Assembly: GCA_963664195.1 (NCBI GenBank)
Contig: OY760907.1
Coordinates: forward strand, 2,656,001 to 2,720,000
Source of the DNA: an uncultured candidate division Zixibacteria bacterium
GTDB lineage: Bacteria > Zixibacteria > MSB-5A5 > GN15 > FEB-12
DNA length: 64,000 nt
Reading direction: 5' to 3'
Numbering within the stretch: position 1 is the first letter of the stretch; each line of letters starts with the position of its first letter. This document shows positions 54,164 through 64,000 of the stretch, piece by piece. Under the pieces are notes generated by a model. That model was not told where the DNA came from. It was given only the letters and a program-made list of their open reading frames with translations, and ran no database searches. Both the position numbers and the translations under genes were made by a program.

Positions 54164-54864
54164 TCGCGCGTGAGGGGCTGCCCTTCATATTCATCGGCTT
54201 CGTGTTCACGCTGATACTCATCTGGATTGCCGTGAAGTGGGACAACTGGCCGACCTTTGCCCTGAGCGTTGTCTTCGGCATACTCACGCTGTTCACGACA
54301 TTCTTTTTCCGCGACCCGGAGCGCAGCATTGAGCTACAGCCGAATATGCTCGTGGCTCCGGCCGACGGCAAAATAATCGAGATAGACACCATTCCGAACC
54401 ATCCGTTTGTCGGCGGTGAGACCATTCAGGTCTCTATCTTCCTCTCGGTCTTCGACGTGCACGTCAATCGCATACCGGCCAATGGGACTATTGACTACGT
54501 CAACTACAACAAGGGGAAGTTTTTCGCAGCCTTCGAGGACAAAGCCTCGGAACTGAACGAGCAGACGGAAATCGGCATGACCACCGAGTCGGGCCAGAAG
54601 ATCGCTTTCAAGCAGATTGCCGGCCTGATAGCGCGGCGTATCGTTTGCCGACTGACTCCGGAGCAGAGCGTGACCGGCGGTGATCGGTTCGGGATAATCC
54701 GGTTTGGCTCGCGAACCGATCTGCTGGTGCCGATAGACAGCCGTATCACTGTCGAGGTCGGCGATCGCGTCAAAGGAGGCGAAACACCGATGGGGTTCCT
54801 ATCCGGCAAACCAGTGGAACGAGAATCCGCAACGGTCGTAAGGGAAGACAATGAGAGACTATAG
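54160..54864 (+). CDS. psd: Phosphatidylserine decarboxylase proenzyme
   Basis: FFRDPER, APADG, SIFLSVFDVHVNR, QIAGLIARRI, IRFGSRTD. Confidence 0.93.
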   Translation: MIAREGLPFIFIGFVFTLILIWIAVKWDNWPTFALSVVFGILTLFTTFFFRDPERSIELQPNMLVAPADGKIIEIDTIPNHPFVGGETIQVSIFLSVFDVHVNRIPANGTIDYVNYNKGKFFAAFEDKASELNEQTEIGMTTESGQKIAFKQIAGLIARRIVCRLTPEQSVTGGDRFGIIRFGSRTDLLVPIDSRITVEVGDRVKGGETPMGFLSGKPVERESATVVREDNERL

Positions 54865-55615
54865 AGGCATATTCCCGGGCACGTTTACCATGGGGAATGT
54901 CGTATGTGGTTTTCTCTCAATCCTGTCCTCGTTTGAAGGCAATATCACCACCGCCTGCTGGTTTATCATTCTTGCAGGATTTCTCGATGCCCTCGACGGC
55001 AAGGTCGCACGCCTCAGCGGGACAAGCTCGCAGTTCGGAGTGGAGCTTGATTCTCTGGCGGATTTCCTTTCGTTTGGTGTTGCACCGGCGGTGATCGTCC
55101 ATGCCATCAAACTGACCAATCTCGGCAAGTGGGGTTGGATCATTTCCATCGTCTATATCATGGCTGCCGCCTATCGACTCGCCCGCTACAATCTCACCGC
55201 TGAGACGGACGAAAAGAAGGACTTCTTCGGCCTCCCGGTTCCGGTGGCCGCATTTGGACTCGTCTCGTTTGTGATCTTCAGCTACTCCGTGTGGGGCCAG
55301 TTGGAATACGCCGAATACCTTGTGTCTATGGTCATCGGGTTTGCCTTCCTCATGGTCTCTCAGGTACAGTACGACAGCATTCCGGAGCAGTTTGGGACGG
55401 CGCAGGAACGCATGAAGATGGCCGCCATTGTCCTTGCAGTTATTGCATTGCTGATCAGTCCGAGACTTTTGTTGTTTCCGATTATCGCTTTGTATATATT
55501 GTTCGGATTGATACGGGAAGCGTACCGGCTTTTCTACTTTGGAGTTGGAAAAGTGACCGGACGTCCGCACCAGAGACGAAGCAAAGGCAGAAGGGCTGAC
55601 GATGTCCGAGAATAA
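54851..55615 (+). CDS. pssA: CDP-diacylglycerol--serine O-phosphatidyltransferase
   Basis: LDALDGKVAR...FGVELDSLADFLSFGVAP, RLARYN, FFGLP. Confidence 0.93.
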   Translation: MRDYRGIFPGTFTMGNVVCGFLSILSSFEGNITTACWFIILAGFLDALDGKVARLSGTSSQFGVELDSLADFLSFGVAPAVIVHAIKLTNLGKWGWIISIVYIMAAAYRLARYNLTAETDEKKDFFGLPVPVAAFGLVSFVIFSYSVWGQLEYAEYLVSMVIGFAFLMVSQVQYDSIPEQFGTAQERMKMAAIVLAVIALLISPRLLLFPIIALYILFGLIREAYRLFYFGVGKVTGRPHQRRSKGRRADDVRE

Positions 55616-55850
55616 AAAGGCTACAGTATTTGTCCGGCTCAAAGAAGGCGTTCTCGATCCGCAGGGCGTGACCATCCAGAAGGCGCTGGTGCAAATGGGA
55701 TATGACGATTTTCTGTCGGTCCGTTCGGGCCGCTTTTTTGAAATGGAAATTGACGGCAATGCCACCGATATCGACTCCAAGCTCGACGAGGTCTGCTCGC
55801 GGTTGCTGGCAAACCCGGTAATCGAGAAATTCCGCGTGGAGAAAGCCTGA
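55602..55850 (+). CDS. purS: FGAM synthase subunit PurS
   Basis: [18 protein letters not shown]. Confidence 0.93.
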   Translation: MSENKKATVFVRLKEGVLDPQGVTIQKALVQMGYDDFLSVRSGRFFEMEIDGNATDIDSKLDEVCSRLLANPVIEKFRVEKA

Positions 55851-56560
55851 TGAAGTTTGGCGTCGTCACATTTCCCGGCTCCAACTGTGACTATGATTCC
55901 TACGCTGCAGTCAAGTTTGTGCTCGGCGAGGAAGTGGATTTCCTGTGGCATAAGTCGACCGACCTGTGCGGCAGCGATGTCGTTATTCTGCCGGGTGGTT
56001 TCTCCTACGGCGATTATCTCCGCTCCGGAGCCATCGCGCGGTTTTCTCCGATTATGAACGAGGTGGTCAAGTTCGCGAAGTCGGGTGGCCTGGTCATCGG
56101 CATCTGCAACGGTTTCCAGGTGTTGACCGAATCCGGGCTGCTTCCGGGGGCGCTGATTCGCAATTCGCATCTTCGTTTTAGCTGCAAACAGGTCTACCTG
56201 CGAGTGGAGAACGATTCCACTCCATACACGAAAGCCTGCAAAAAAGGCGAAGTGTTGAAAGTCCCGATCGCGCACGGTGACGGCAACTACTACGATTTTG
56301 ATGGTGATCTCAAGACACTTGAAGATGCCGGGCAAGTGGTTTTTCGCTATGTCGACCGACACGGCAACGTGACGTCCGGATCCAACCCCAACGGGTCACG
56401 CGAGAATATCGCCGGTATTCTGAACGCCGAAGGAAACGTACTCGGCATGATGCCGCACCCGGAGCGGGCTGTTGAAAGCATTCTCGGCTCGGCCGATGGT
56501 CTCAAGTTGTTTGAATCACTCAAAATGACCGATCCAAAGGCTGCGGTGGAGGGGAAGTGA
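55850..56560 (+). CDS. purQ: FGAM synthase glutaminase subunit PurQ
   Basis: [32 protein letters not shown]. Confidence 0.96.
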   Translation: MKFGVVTFPGSNCDYDSYAAVKFVLGEEVDFLWHKSTDLCGSDVVILPGGFSYGDYLRSGAIARFSPIMNEVVKFAKSGGLVIGICNGFQVLTESGLLPGALIRNSHLRFSCKQVYLRVENDSTPYTKACKKGEVLKVPIAHGDGNYYDFDGDLKTLEDAGQVVFRYVDRHGNVTSGSNPNGSRENIAGILNAEGNVLGMMPHPERAVESILGSADGLKLFESLKMTDPKAAVEGK

Positions 56561-56823
56561 AACGACGAGAGCTGACGTTTCTCATTACGGCCCTGATTCT
56601 GGGCGCCGTTCTAGGAGGCCTGGTAGGCGATATTATCGGGACCTTCCTGCCGCCGGGTGCAGCTAAGACCGTGTTTACGAAGTCTATTCAGATCGGCTTC
56701 CAGCCCACTCAAGTGGACTTTTATGCGATATCGTTCACTTTCGGGCTGCTGCTGAAAATAAACTTTATGTCTGTCTTGCTTGTTCTGCTAGTGATAGTGT
56801 ATTTTCGGTGGTGGTACTTATAG
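56557..56823 (+). CDS. DUF4321-like small membrane protein
   Basis: [13 protein letters not shown]...[12 protein letters not shown]; two hydrophobic segments. Confidence 0.65.
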   Translation: MKRRELTFLITALILGAVLGGLVGDIIGTFLPPGAAKTVFTKSIQIGFQPTQVDFYAISFTFGLLLKINFMSVLLVLLVIVYFRWWYL

Positions 56824-56850
56824 AGGCTTCGCCCTCAGGAGGATTGTGAC

Positions 56851-57054
56851 ATGTTTGGTTTAGGACCGTGGGAGCTCTTACTGATATTCCTCGCCGTGTT
56901 GCTGCTTTTCGGCGCCAAAAGGCTGCCCGAAATCGCACAGGGTATGGGCAAAGGAATCAAAGAGTTCAAGAAGGCCATGAAGGATACCTCCGACGAGATC
57001 AAAGGCTCGCTCGATGATGATAAGCCGGAAGAGAAGAAAGACGATTCCAAGTAA
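56851..57054 (+). CDS. tatA: Twin-arginine translocase TatA/E
   Basis: [12 protein letters not shown]...[22 protein letters not shown]. Confidence 0.95.
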   Translation: MFGLGPWELLLIFLAVLLLFGAKRLPEIAQGMGKGIKEFKKAMKDTSDEIKGSLDDDKPEEKKDDSK

Positions 57055-57075
57055 AAGCGGATTGACCTCACACGA

Positions 57076-57534
57076 ATGAAAACAGGTATCACCAAAGAAG
57101 ATATCCAGAAAATCGGCAGCCTGCTGGGCGCGGAAAAGATCACTTTCGACAAGGATCACTACCGCATTAAGATATCCAATCCGGAAGAGAAGCGTATTCT
57201 CATCCTAGAGGTCTATCCCGAGGTCGACCTGGGCAAAGTGCGCGGAATGCTGATAGTCGTCTACACCGGCAACTCTCATCTTCAGCTGCACAACTGCACA
57301 GGATTCGTGATTTCCGAAGAGCTTTGTGAGGTGACGTTTGTTATGGAAACTCCCCGTCAGCTCTCGGGGCTGGTGGTGGAGCGCGGCGCGTCCTGTTCGC
57401 TGTATTCCGGACTCAACCGTGCGTTGATTTCATCCGATTTCACCACGCTGGGCGTTGAAGTTATGCTCTCGGGGGTCGCCTTGTCGCTGGCCGAGGATGT
57501 AATCGGCCCTGAAGGCCCGGCGGATGATGAGTAG
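57076..57534 (+). CDS. Hypothetical protein
   Basis: Clean ORF filling the gap between tatA and the terminator; no recognised motif. Confidence 0.7.
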   Translation: MKTGITKEDIQKIGSLLGAEKITFDKDHYRIKISNPEEKRILILEVYPEVDLGKVRGMLIVVYTGNSHLQLHNCTGFVISEELCEVTFVMETPRQLSGLVVERGASCSLYSGLNRALISSDFTTLGVEVMLSGVALSLAEDVIGPEGPADDE

Positions 57535-57570
57535 TCCGGACCGCTGACGTCAGAGAATCTTGTAAATGAA

Positions 57571-57601
57571 AGAGCCGCCGCACTGAACGTGCGGCGGCTC
57601 T
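57571..57601. terminator. Bidirectional terminator
   Basis: AGAGCCGCCGCAC-TGAAC-GTGCGGCGGCTCT 13-bp stem between convergent genes. Confidence 0.8.
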
Positions 57602-57629
57602 CTGTGTATTAGTTGGCTCGCCGATGCAA

Positions 57630-60089
57630 CTAGTGCGCGAATGACTCCACGAAGTCTTTGAGATCGGCCGCCACTTCGGATGCCTTCTGATAGCGAGCGG
57701 ACGGGTCTTTCTTCAGGGCGCGTCCGATAATGTGATCGAACAACAGCGGCACCTGAGGATTGACCGTCGACGGTTTGTCCGGCTCCTTGTTCATGATGGC
57801 GTACATCAGCGACGTGATGTTCTCACCCTTGAACGGACGCCGTCCGAGCAGCATTTCATACATCACTACACCAAGCGAGAAGAGGTCGGCTCGTCGGTCT
57901 ATTGCGAGACCCTTCAACTGCTCAGGCGAGATGTAGTTCGGTGTGCCCATGGCAATACCGGTTTTGGTCATCGAGTTGGAGTCGACACGGGCGATACCGT
58001 AATCCATGACCTTGACGCTGTAATCACTCAGTACCATTATGTTGGCCGGCTTGATATCCCTATGGACAATGCCGCGCTCATGAGCGTATTCCAGTGCCGA
58101 GCAAATCTGCGAAATCATCTGCGCGATGATTCTGTAATTGAAACGGACTTTCTTCTTAATCAAGTCTTCCAGCGTCTGACCTTCAAGGTATTCCATAGCG
58201 ATATACTGGAGGCTGCCCTCAGATCCCACATCGTAAATGGTCACGATATTCGGGTGAGACAGCTTGCCGGCGGCCTGCGCCTCCCGGTGCAGTCGTTCCT
58301 TCAACTCGGCCAGCTCGTTCGGGTCGGTTACAAAGTCCAGGCGAATCGTCTTGAGTGCGACCGGACGGTTGATCGCCGGATCGACACCTTTGTAGACCGT
58401 GCCCATGGCACCCTTGCCAAGCACACCGTCAACCTGGTAGCGTCCGAGATTCTGCACAGCTCCTGCCGGTCCGGGAGCAGTCAGGCCGTTACTGTCGAAT
58501 GCATTTCCGCCTGACTGATTGAACTGATTCTGGCCTATAGGGGCGCTGTCGTTGCCGGTAATGAAGCCAGCTTGAGGAATGCTGTCGCTGGCAGACATCG
58601 AGCCGGACGACGACGCCGCAGGGAAACCACCAGAATCCTGCTGCTGAGCAGCGTCGATATCGATGGTTTGGTGATCGATATGCGCTGAAGAATCCAGCGC
58701 CGATACCTCGCCAGAGCCTGTCAGGGCTCGCGTCTCCAGATTCTCCGGATCGCTTGCCGTAGCTTTCACTTCTCGGACCGGGACTTGCTCCGGCTCCGAC
58801 TGGGCTTTCTTCGGCGCCTTGCGAGGTGGCGCAGCCATCGGTCCATGTTTGGCCTCTTCGCCTGTCATGACCTGCATATCGAGCATCGGGGAGGCGGCAA
58901 TGAACAACACCAGCTCCAAAGCGATGTAAACAGAACTTACGATCATGCTGTAGGAGGCAAACAAGAGGTAGTTGCCGTTGGCCAATAGAATCAGACAGCC
59001 CGCCAGCATCACCAGACGGTAGATCAGGGTAATTCTGGGAAGAACAAAAGCACAGATGCCGCCGAGAGCAAAGAGAATCAACAGGTTGATAGCGGCCAGA
59101 TCACTTCTGACTATCAACATGTTATCGTTGATAATATTTTCCATTATGGTCGCCTTGACGGTCATGGCAGAGGTGCGGCCGTCGACCGGCGTGGCATACA
59201 TTTCTTCGGCGTCTTCGTCACCGATTCCGATTATCACCAGTTTGCCCGCCAGTCTGCTCATGTCGAATCCGGTCTCGAGCAAGGAGGCCGCACTGTAGCG
59301 CTGGAATGGTACGCCCTTGGAGAAGTTGATGAACATCTCGCTCTGGTCGTTGATCGGCACTGTTCTCGCGGTTCCGATCTGTATTTCTTTGCCTTCGATG
59401 ACCTTGATTTGGTCGGGCGTTTGATTCAGGTAGACGGCGGAGGCCAGCAGAGAGACAGAAGGATAATAGTACCCTTCGTAGTTCGCCAGCAGCGGCTGGT
59501 GACGCAGAACGCGGTCATCATCCGGACATCGATAGTTGAAGCCGAGGTACGGCCTGTGTACCAGAAGTTTTTCGGCCGGGAGGAAGACCTTACGTACCAG
59601 CAGGCTGGCCGATTCATCCATCAATCTCGTCGGATTGTCAACCACGACGGAGTTGATGAATAGGTTTTCGGGATTGTCAGTCTTATTTCCGCGGAAAGCT
59701 GCCAGCGCGATATCATAAGTCAAGACGCTCTTCTCGATCCATTGTAACTGCCCCGCGAGCACGTCGGTGAAACCGGCGGAATCCTGCGCGGCGTCTTCAT
59801 TTAGCTCAAAATCGAGAACGATCGCCCTCGGATCGGCAGATGCCGCTGCGGCAGTGAGGTCGCCTATCAGCGCCTGATCCCACGGCCACTGGCCGTATTC
59901 ATCCTGCGACCGGCCGTCGATTGTAACCAGCACCACATTTGGCCTGGGATTTTCTGAGGCCGTGATGCTGCACATCAGATCGTTCAGCGATCGCTGCAGA
60001 TTTTGCATCGGCCCGAAATCGTTGATCGCCAGAATCGCAACCAGAATCGAAATCAGTAAATATAGAATGTATGGAGAATACTTGTTCAT
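57630..60089 (-). CDS. CHASE2-domain membrane Ser/Thr protein kinase
   Basis: VVLVTID...GQWPW, LAGKLVIIG, three TMs, linker; LGKGAMGTVY, VALK, HRDIKPAN, DYG, GTPNYISPEQ. Confidence 0.92.
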   Translation of the reverse strand: MNKYSPYILYLLISILVAILAINDFGPMQNLQRSLNDLMCSITASENPRPNVVLVTIDGRSQDEYGQWPWDQALIGDLTAAAASADPRAIVLDFELNEDAAQDSAGFTDVLAGQLQWIEKSVLTYDIALAAFRGNKTDNPENLFINSVVVDNPTRLMDESASLLVRKVFLPAEKLLVHRPYLGFNYRCPDDDRVLRHQPLLANYEGYYYPSVSLLASAVYLNQTPDQIKVIEGKEIQIGTARTVPINDQSEMFINFSKGVPFQRYSAASLLETGFDMSRLAGKLVIIGIGDEDAEEMYATPVDGRTSAMTVKATIMENIINDNMLIVRSDLAAINLLILFALGGICAFVLPRITLIYRLVMLAGCLILLANGNYLLFASYSMIVSSVYIALELVLFIAASPMLDMQVMTGEEAKHGPMAAPPRKAPKKAQSEPEQVPVREVKATASDPENLETRALTGSGEVSALDSSAHIDHQTIDIDAAQQQDSGGFPAASSSGSMSASDSIPQAGFITGNDSAPIGQNQFNQSGGNAFDSNGLTAPGPAGAVQNLGRYQVDGVLGKGAMGTVYKGVDPAINRPVALKTIRLDFVTDPNELAELKERLHREAQAAGKLSHPNIVTIYDVGSEGSLQYIAMEYLEGQTLEDLIKKKVRFNYRIIAQMISQICSALEYAHERGIVHRDIKPANIMVLSDYSVKVMDYGIARVDSNSMTKTGIAMGTPNYISPEQLKGLAIDRRADLFSLGVVMYEMLLGRRPFKGENITSLMYAIMNKEPDKPSTVNPQVPLLFDHIIGRALKKDPSARYQKASEVAADLKDFVESFAH

Positions 60090-60101
60090 GCTCGGTTTCC
60101 T

Positions 60102-60830
60102 TTACCGTCCAATCTCCAGCCGCTCTATAAGCATTCGCGGCATTCTGGCTTCGGCCATCTTGGCCTGTGTTTTCTTTACGTCGTACTCGATACGATGGTA
60201 CAATACCGTCATCGGATCAGTCTCCACCACTATATAACATGCTCTGGGATCGTTGTCGCGCGGCTGTCCTACAGAACCGACGTTCACAATGTACCGCGAC
60301 TCCTCATCCGGGTCAAAATCGTGTCCGGCCTGAGAGCGAATACGATCATCCTGCGAGATGCTGAATATCATCGGCACATGCGTATGACCGTTGAAGGCTA
60401 TCGGGTGTTCCATGCATTCAAAGGCCAGGTTCGCGTCGCCGAGTGAAAGAACGTAATGCCACTGGTCTGGCAGATACGGCGACGCGTGGATCAAACGGCA
60501 ACCCTCAAACTCTGCCTCCAGGGCAAAGTCTGCAATCATTGAGACCTCACGGTCCGTCATCGCGTCTTCCGTCCAACTGAGCGAATGTCGGGCGTAGTCG
60601 TTCATAGACTCGACTCCGATTCTCCCAAGAGCGGCGTACTCATGATTGCCCATCAGTTTGATCTCACAACTGGCAGCCACGAGATCGAGACAGGCGATGG
60701 GATCACAGCCGTAGCCTATCACATCACCAAGGCTGTGAATCGTCTTTATGCCCCGTTTCTCGACATCTGCAAGTACCGCTTCCAGCGCTTCGAGATTGCC
60801 GTGGATGTCCGATAGCAGCGCGAATCTCAT
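60102..60830 (-). CDS. Calcineurin-like metallophosphoesterase (PPP-like)
   Basis: SDIHGN, LGDVIGYG, GNHE, GHTHVP, NVGSVGQPRD. Confidence 0.9.
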   Translation of the reverse strand: MRFALLSDIHGNLEALEAVLADVEKRGIKTIHSLGDVIGYGCDPIACLDLVAASCEIKLMGNHEYAALGRIGVESMNDYARHSLSWTEDAMTDREVSMIADFALEAEFEGCRLIHASPYLPDQWHYVLSLGDANLAFECMEHPIAFNGHTHVPMIFSISQDDRIRSQAGHDFDPDEESRYIVNVGSVGQPRDNDPRACYIVVETDPMTVLYHRIEYDVKKTQAKMAEARMPRMLIERLEIGR

Positions 60831-60833
60831 TCG

Positions 60834-61526
60834 TTATTTGCTTTCGACGAACTTAAACGTGGTTTTCCCAACCGTGATGATGTCGCCGTTCTTCAGCAGA
60901 CAAGTATCTATCGGTTCCCCGTTTATTCTTGTACGGCCGCGCTTGCCAAGATTGACAAGGGAATAGCCGTCGTTGTCCTGGACTATTTTGGCTTGGATGC
61001 CGGCCAGGAAAAAGCCTTTTGCCTTGACGTGCACGAACTTGGCCTTGCCAATAGTCGTTACGTCGCGGTCAATCCTGTACTCGGCAAATTCCGCGTTTTC
61101 CTCGCCCATCAGGACCGAGCCACCGAACTTGCTGACGATCTGACGTTCCACGCGGTCGTTCTCGAGCAGCTCTTTCTGCTTCTTGGTATTGAGGACCATC
61201 GTTCCGTCCATGCCGGAAGCATCGGTGCCGCCACCTTCGGCTTCGGTGTGGTACACAAGGGAATACTTCCCGATAGTCACCACATCCTCGTTGCGAAGGA
61301 CTTCCTCGCTGATCTTGCGATTGTTGACAAACGTGCCATTCAGAGACTCATTGTCAATAATGACCGCAGCATTGCTGTTGAACTCGATCATGGCATGCTT
61401 GCGGGAAACCGCACGGTTTTCCAGAACGACGTCGTTTTCATTGGTGCGCCCGATACTGATGCGCTTCTTCTCGGTAACGATTCGCTCGATCACTTTGTCA
61501 TCAAACTTAACCACTATTTCGGCCAT
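60834..61526 (-). CDS. Tandem FHA-domain protein
   Basis: IGR...VSRKHA...SLNGTFVN (intact FHA), a DGTMVL linker, then a second degenerate FHA (IGK...TRING...LKNGD.I.VG). Start at MAEI (61526). Confidence 0.88.
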   Translation of the reverse strand: MAEIVVKFDDKVIERIVTEKKRISIGRTNENDVVLENRAVSRKHAMIEFNSNAAVIIDNESLNGTFVNNRKISEEVLRNEDVVTIGKYSLVYHTEAEGGGTDASGMDGTMVLNTKKQKELLENDRVERQIVSKFGGSVLMGEENAEFAEYRIDRDVTTIGKAKFVHVKAKGFFLAGIQAKIVQDNDGYSLVNLGKRGRTRINGEPIDTCLLKNGDIITVGKTTFKFVESK

Positions 61527-61800
61527 GCCCGAATCCTTTCGATTATTTATGTCCTCGATACCTCCGGTGACGGTCCTCGCTATCAAGGTGCTGCCGCACC
61601 ACACGCTTGTCCGTCCGGCTCTGGTATGACATTATTGTCGGCAGTTCTGCTCCGAAATCAAGTGGCGGAAAGACTGCAAGTTGGCCGAATCAGCTGGCTT
61701 CGGGCGGTTCGAATCTGTTTGATCGAGCACTTTTGGGTTGCCCTGGTCCTTTGAGGAGCCTATATTTGCCGCTAAACCGTTGACAGCAAAGGGTGTGAAG

Positions 61801-62766
61801 ATGAAAACACTGGTTATTGCTCTTCAGAAAGAAGGGCAAATAGGATCGGTTGCCTACGAGTTGATTTCCGCAGCGAGTGGGCTTGGAGCCGAAGTTACTA
61901 CGGTTGTCATGGCCGATGACGCCGAAAAACTGGCCGGATATCTGGCCTCCAGAGGCGGCGGCAAGGTGTTGGCCGTGTCCAATCCTGCTCTCGGCTTCTT
62001 CAACGAAGAAATCTATGCCAAGGTCGTCGGCGAACTGGTTGCACGACATGGTTTTGACCTCATTCTCGGGCCGGCAACATTCTATGGCAGAGCGCTGATG
62101 GCCCGTTTGGCCGCAAAACTGGGCGGTACCATGGCCTCAGAGATCACCGGTATTGAAGTTGCGGGCGAAAGCGTGGTAGTGACACGGCCTAGCTACGGCG
62201 GGTCGGTGATCTCCAAGGTTGCCGCCAGATCGGGAGACCAGCCGTTCTGCATCACGGTTCGGCCAAAAATCTTCCCGGAATCAAAAGATGGAGCGGGTGA
62301 GGTGGTCGCGGAATCCGTGGCCGACACCTGTTTCGAGGCTCGCTCCGCGGTCAAGGAAGTCAAGGCTGCCAGCGGCGGAAGTGTGAATTTGGCCGAGGCG
62401 GATATCATCGTGTCTGCCGGTCGAGGCATAAAGGGCCCCGAGGGGATCCCGGTGATTCAGGCATTGGTTGACTCGCTGGGTGCGGCGTTTGGCGCCTCCA
62501 GAGCGATTGTCGATGCCGGTTGGACCGAGTACACCTATCAGATAGGGCAGACCGGTCGGACGGTGAACCCGAAACTGTATTTCGCGCTTGGTATTTCCGG
62601 TGCGATTCAGCATTTGGTTGGTATGCGTTCGTCGCAGTACATCGTGGCGATCAACAAAGACAAGGACGCCCCGATTTTCAATATTGCCAACTATGGCATA
62701 GTCGGTGACCTCTTTGAGATTGCTCCGGCTTTGACGGCGAAATTCAAGAAGGAACTCGCCGGCTGA
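61801..62766 (+). CDS. etfA: Electron transfer flavoprotein alpha subunit
   Basis: RPSYGG, ADIIVSAGRG, GASRAIVDAGW, QIGQTG, GISGAIQH..GM, AINKD.DAPIF. Start at MKTL (61801). Confidence 0.93.
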   Translation: MKTLVIALQKEGQIGSVAYELISAASGLGAEVTTVVMADDAEKLAGYLASRGGGKVLAVSNPALGFFNEEIYAKVVGELVARHGFDLILGPATFYGRALMARLAAKLGGTMASEITGIEVAGESVVVTRPSYGGSVISKVAARSGDQPFCITVRPKIFPESKDGAGEVVAESVADTCFEARSAVKEVKAASGGSVNLAEADIIVSAGRGIKGPEGIPVIQALVDSLGAAFGASRAIVDAGWTEYTYQIGQTGRTVNPKLYFALGISGAIQHLVGMRSSQYIVAINKDKDAPIFNIANYGIVGDLFEIAPALTAKFKKELAG

Positions 62767-62786
62767 TTTGGTCTCTACTCTGAATT

Positions 62787-62822
62787 AAGAAAGCCCGTCA
62801 TCTTGCGATGACGGGCTTTCTT
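62787..62822. terminator. Bidirectional terminator
   Basis: Perfect 16-bp stem AAGAAAGCCCGTCATC-TTGC-GATGACGGGCTTTCTT. Confidence 0.85.
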
Positions 62823-62842
62823 GTTTTGGTGCCGCGATGGCG

Positions 62843-64000
62843 CTATTTCGTTGGGGAGGTGTCGATCACCGTCACAGTGGCGGTATCAGCCGAGATCTTC
62901 TCGCCACAGTAGTTGTATATCTTGTGTACCACCAGGAATTCGCCAGCAACCGTGTCGTATGCATGACCGATTGCCACTGTTGGAGGCTCCATTTTTCCGA
63001 ACTCGCCATCCCCGAAGTCAAACACTATGGAGTCGTAAACAACTGCATCCGTCAGGTCAGTGAAAACGATTGTTCGATTGTCCTGGGTGGTGTCAATGAG
63101 GTCGATCGTGTCCTTTGACAGGCTGTATGCAGGGGACAGGACATCGGCCAGAACCACAAGATTCGTCTTCGAGACAAACGATTCGCTGGCGTCAGCGCAT
63201 CCGACAATGGTGAGCCCCACCGTGTATCTGCCCGGAGTTACGTATGCATGCAGCGGCGTTGAGTCATTGTACGCAAAGGTACCGTCGCCGAAATTCCACT
63301 CCAGTGAGTCGATCTTGCCGGTTGATCCGCTTTCAAACAGGACCTGGAATTGATACGAGGAAGAGAAGCACGCCTGCGTGGGAGCCGCCGTGAATGCGGC
63401 CGTTAGACCGTTGTAAGCAGTAACGGAGTCAACGTACTCTGAGTACCCGCCGCCGTTGAGATGCGTCCTGAGAGAAACCTGGTAGTCGCCGGCAGCGGCG
63501 TACTCGTGAGCGACCTCCGGGAACATACCCTCAAGGATGTCGCCGTCGCCGAAATTCCAGAAGAAAGTGTCTACGGGATGTTCAGAGTTGCTCCACGCAT
63601 CGGCAAGAAACGTGAATCCGCTGTCATCGCCGATGCATCGCACGTAGTCGTCGACCGTGTATCCCAGCATTGCGCATTGAAGCACCGTCACCGAATCGGT
63701 CAGCGTGGTCGTCCCACACTCACCTGTTGCTATCAAAGTGACCTCGTACACTCCGGCGTTCGCATATGAGTGAGACTTCACAGCCGAATCTCCGGTGTAC
63801 TGTGTTCCGTCGCCGTACCGCCAGTTGTAGACTGCCACGCCCGCCGGATTGAAGGCTTCAAAAGTGACCGTGTCACTCTGGCACACGGAGTCAGTCAGCA
63901 CTCGCATGCTGTCAATCGTCTGGCCGACAACGACGCGACGCTTATATATTCTGGTACTGAAGGCGTTTTCAAGGTCGGTGTCCGTTACAATCAGAGTAAC
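62843..64000 (-). CDS. Multi-PKD-domain surface protein, 3' part only (frame is open to the window end)
   Basis: Repeated W.(Y/F)GDG...H.Y...G.Y.V.L motifs (at least four); no stop between 63907 and 64000. Confidence 0.85.
   Translation of the reverse strand, partial: VTLIVTDTDLENAFSTRIYKRRVVVGQTIDSMRVLTDSVCQSDTVTFEAFNPAGVAVYNWRYGDGTQYTGDSAVKSHSYANAGVYEVTLIATGECGTTTLTDSVTVLQCAMLGYTVDDYVRCIGDDSGFTFLADAWSNSEHPVDTFFWNFGDGDILEGMFPEVAHEYAAAGDYQVSLRTHLNGGGYSEYVDSVTAYNGLTAAFTAAPTQACFSSSYQFQVLFESGSTGKIDSLEWNFGDGTFAYNDSTPLHAYVTPGRYTVGLTIVGCADASESFVSKTNLVVLADVLSPAYSLSKDTIDLIDTTQDNRTIVFTDLTDAVVYDSIVFDFGDGEFGKMEPPTVAIGHAYDTVAGEFLVVHKIYNYCGEKISADTATVTVIDTSPTK

Noticed and set aside
54917..56362. 481-aa antisense ORF across pssA-purS-purQ
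   Set aside because: Shadow of three conserved genes; no recognisable domain.
52868..56560. purB and purS-purQ split by psd-pssA with purL absent, and hutU/hutI without hutH/hutG
   Set aside because: All genes are intact; scattered pathway genes are common and the missing ones are probably elsewhere.

Overview
A gene-dense bacterial chromosomal segment of about 50 genes, moderately GC-rich, with no rRNA, tRNA, CRISPR array or mobile element detectable by eye. Dockerin-like proteins, PorV/PorQ-family barrels, 'LAQNYPNPFNP...FlgD' C-terminal sorting domains and DxNxNG-repeat TonB receptors point to the FCB-related candidate phylum Zixibacteria or a close relative (inference, not a phylogeny). 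Housekeeping content: ilvE (partial), bioY, hutU/hutI, aspS-phoH-7TM-HD-ybeY-CNNM, fur-feoA-feoB, ecfT-truA-fsa-purB-psd-pssA-purS-purQ-tatA and an orphan etfA. Signalling content: an SLC5-fused hybrid histidine kinase, a small alarmone synthetase, a degenerate HD-GYP protein and an FHA/phosphoesterase/CHASE2-kinase operon. The most interesting block is 27.3-47.1 kb. It holds a small Sec-secreted peptide gene directly upstream of a TPR-GAF-AAA+ sigma54 activator, a TonB receptor with an inserted Ca-binding repeat loop co-transcribed with PorV and a large lipoprotein, a GT-C/TPR glycosyltransferase, and two secreted proteases (S8, M6) behind a well-spaced sigma54 promoter. My hypothesis is a peptide-pheromone (RRNPP-like) system acting through sigma54 in a diderm. 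All calls come from motif recognition by eye; no database searches were run.
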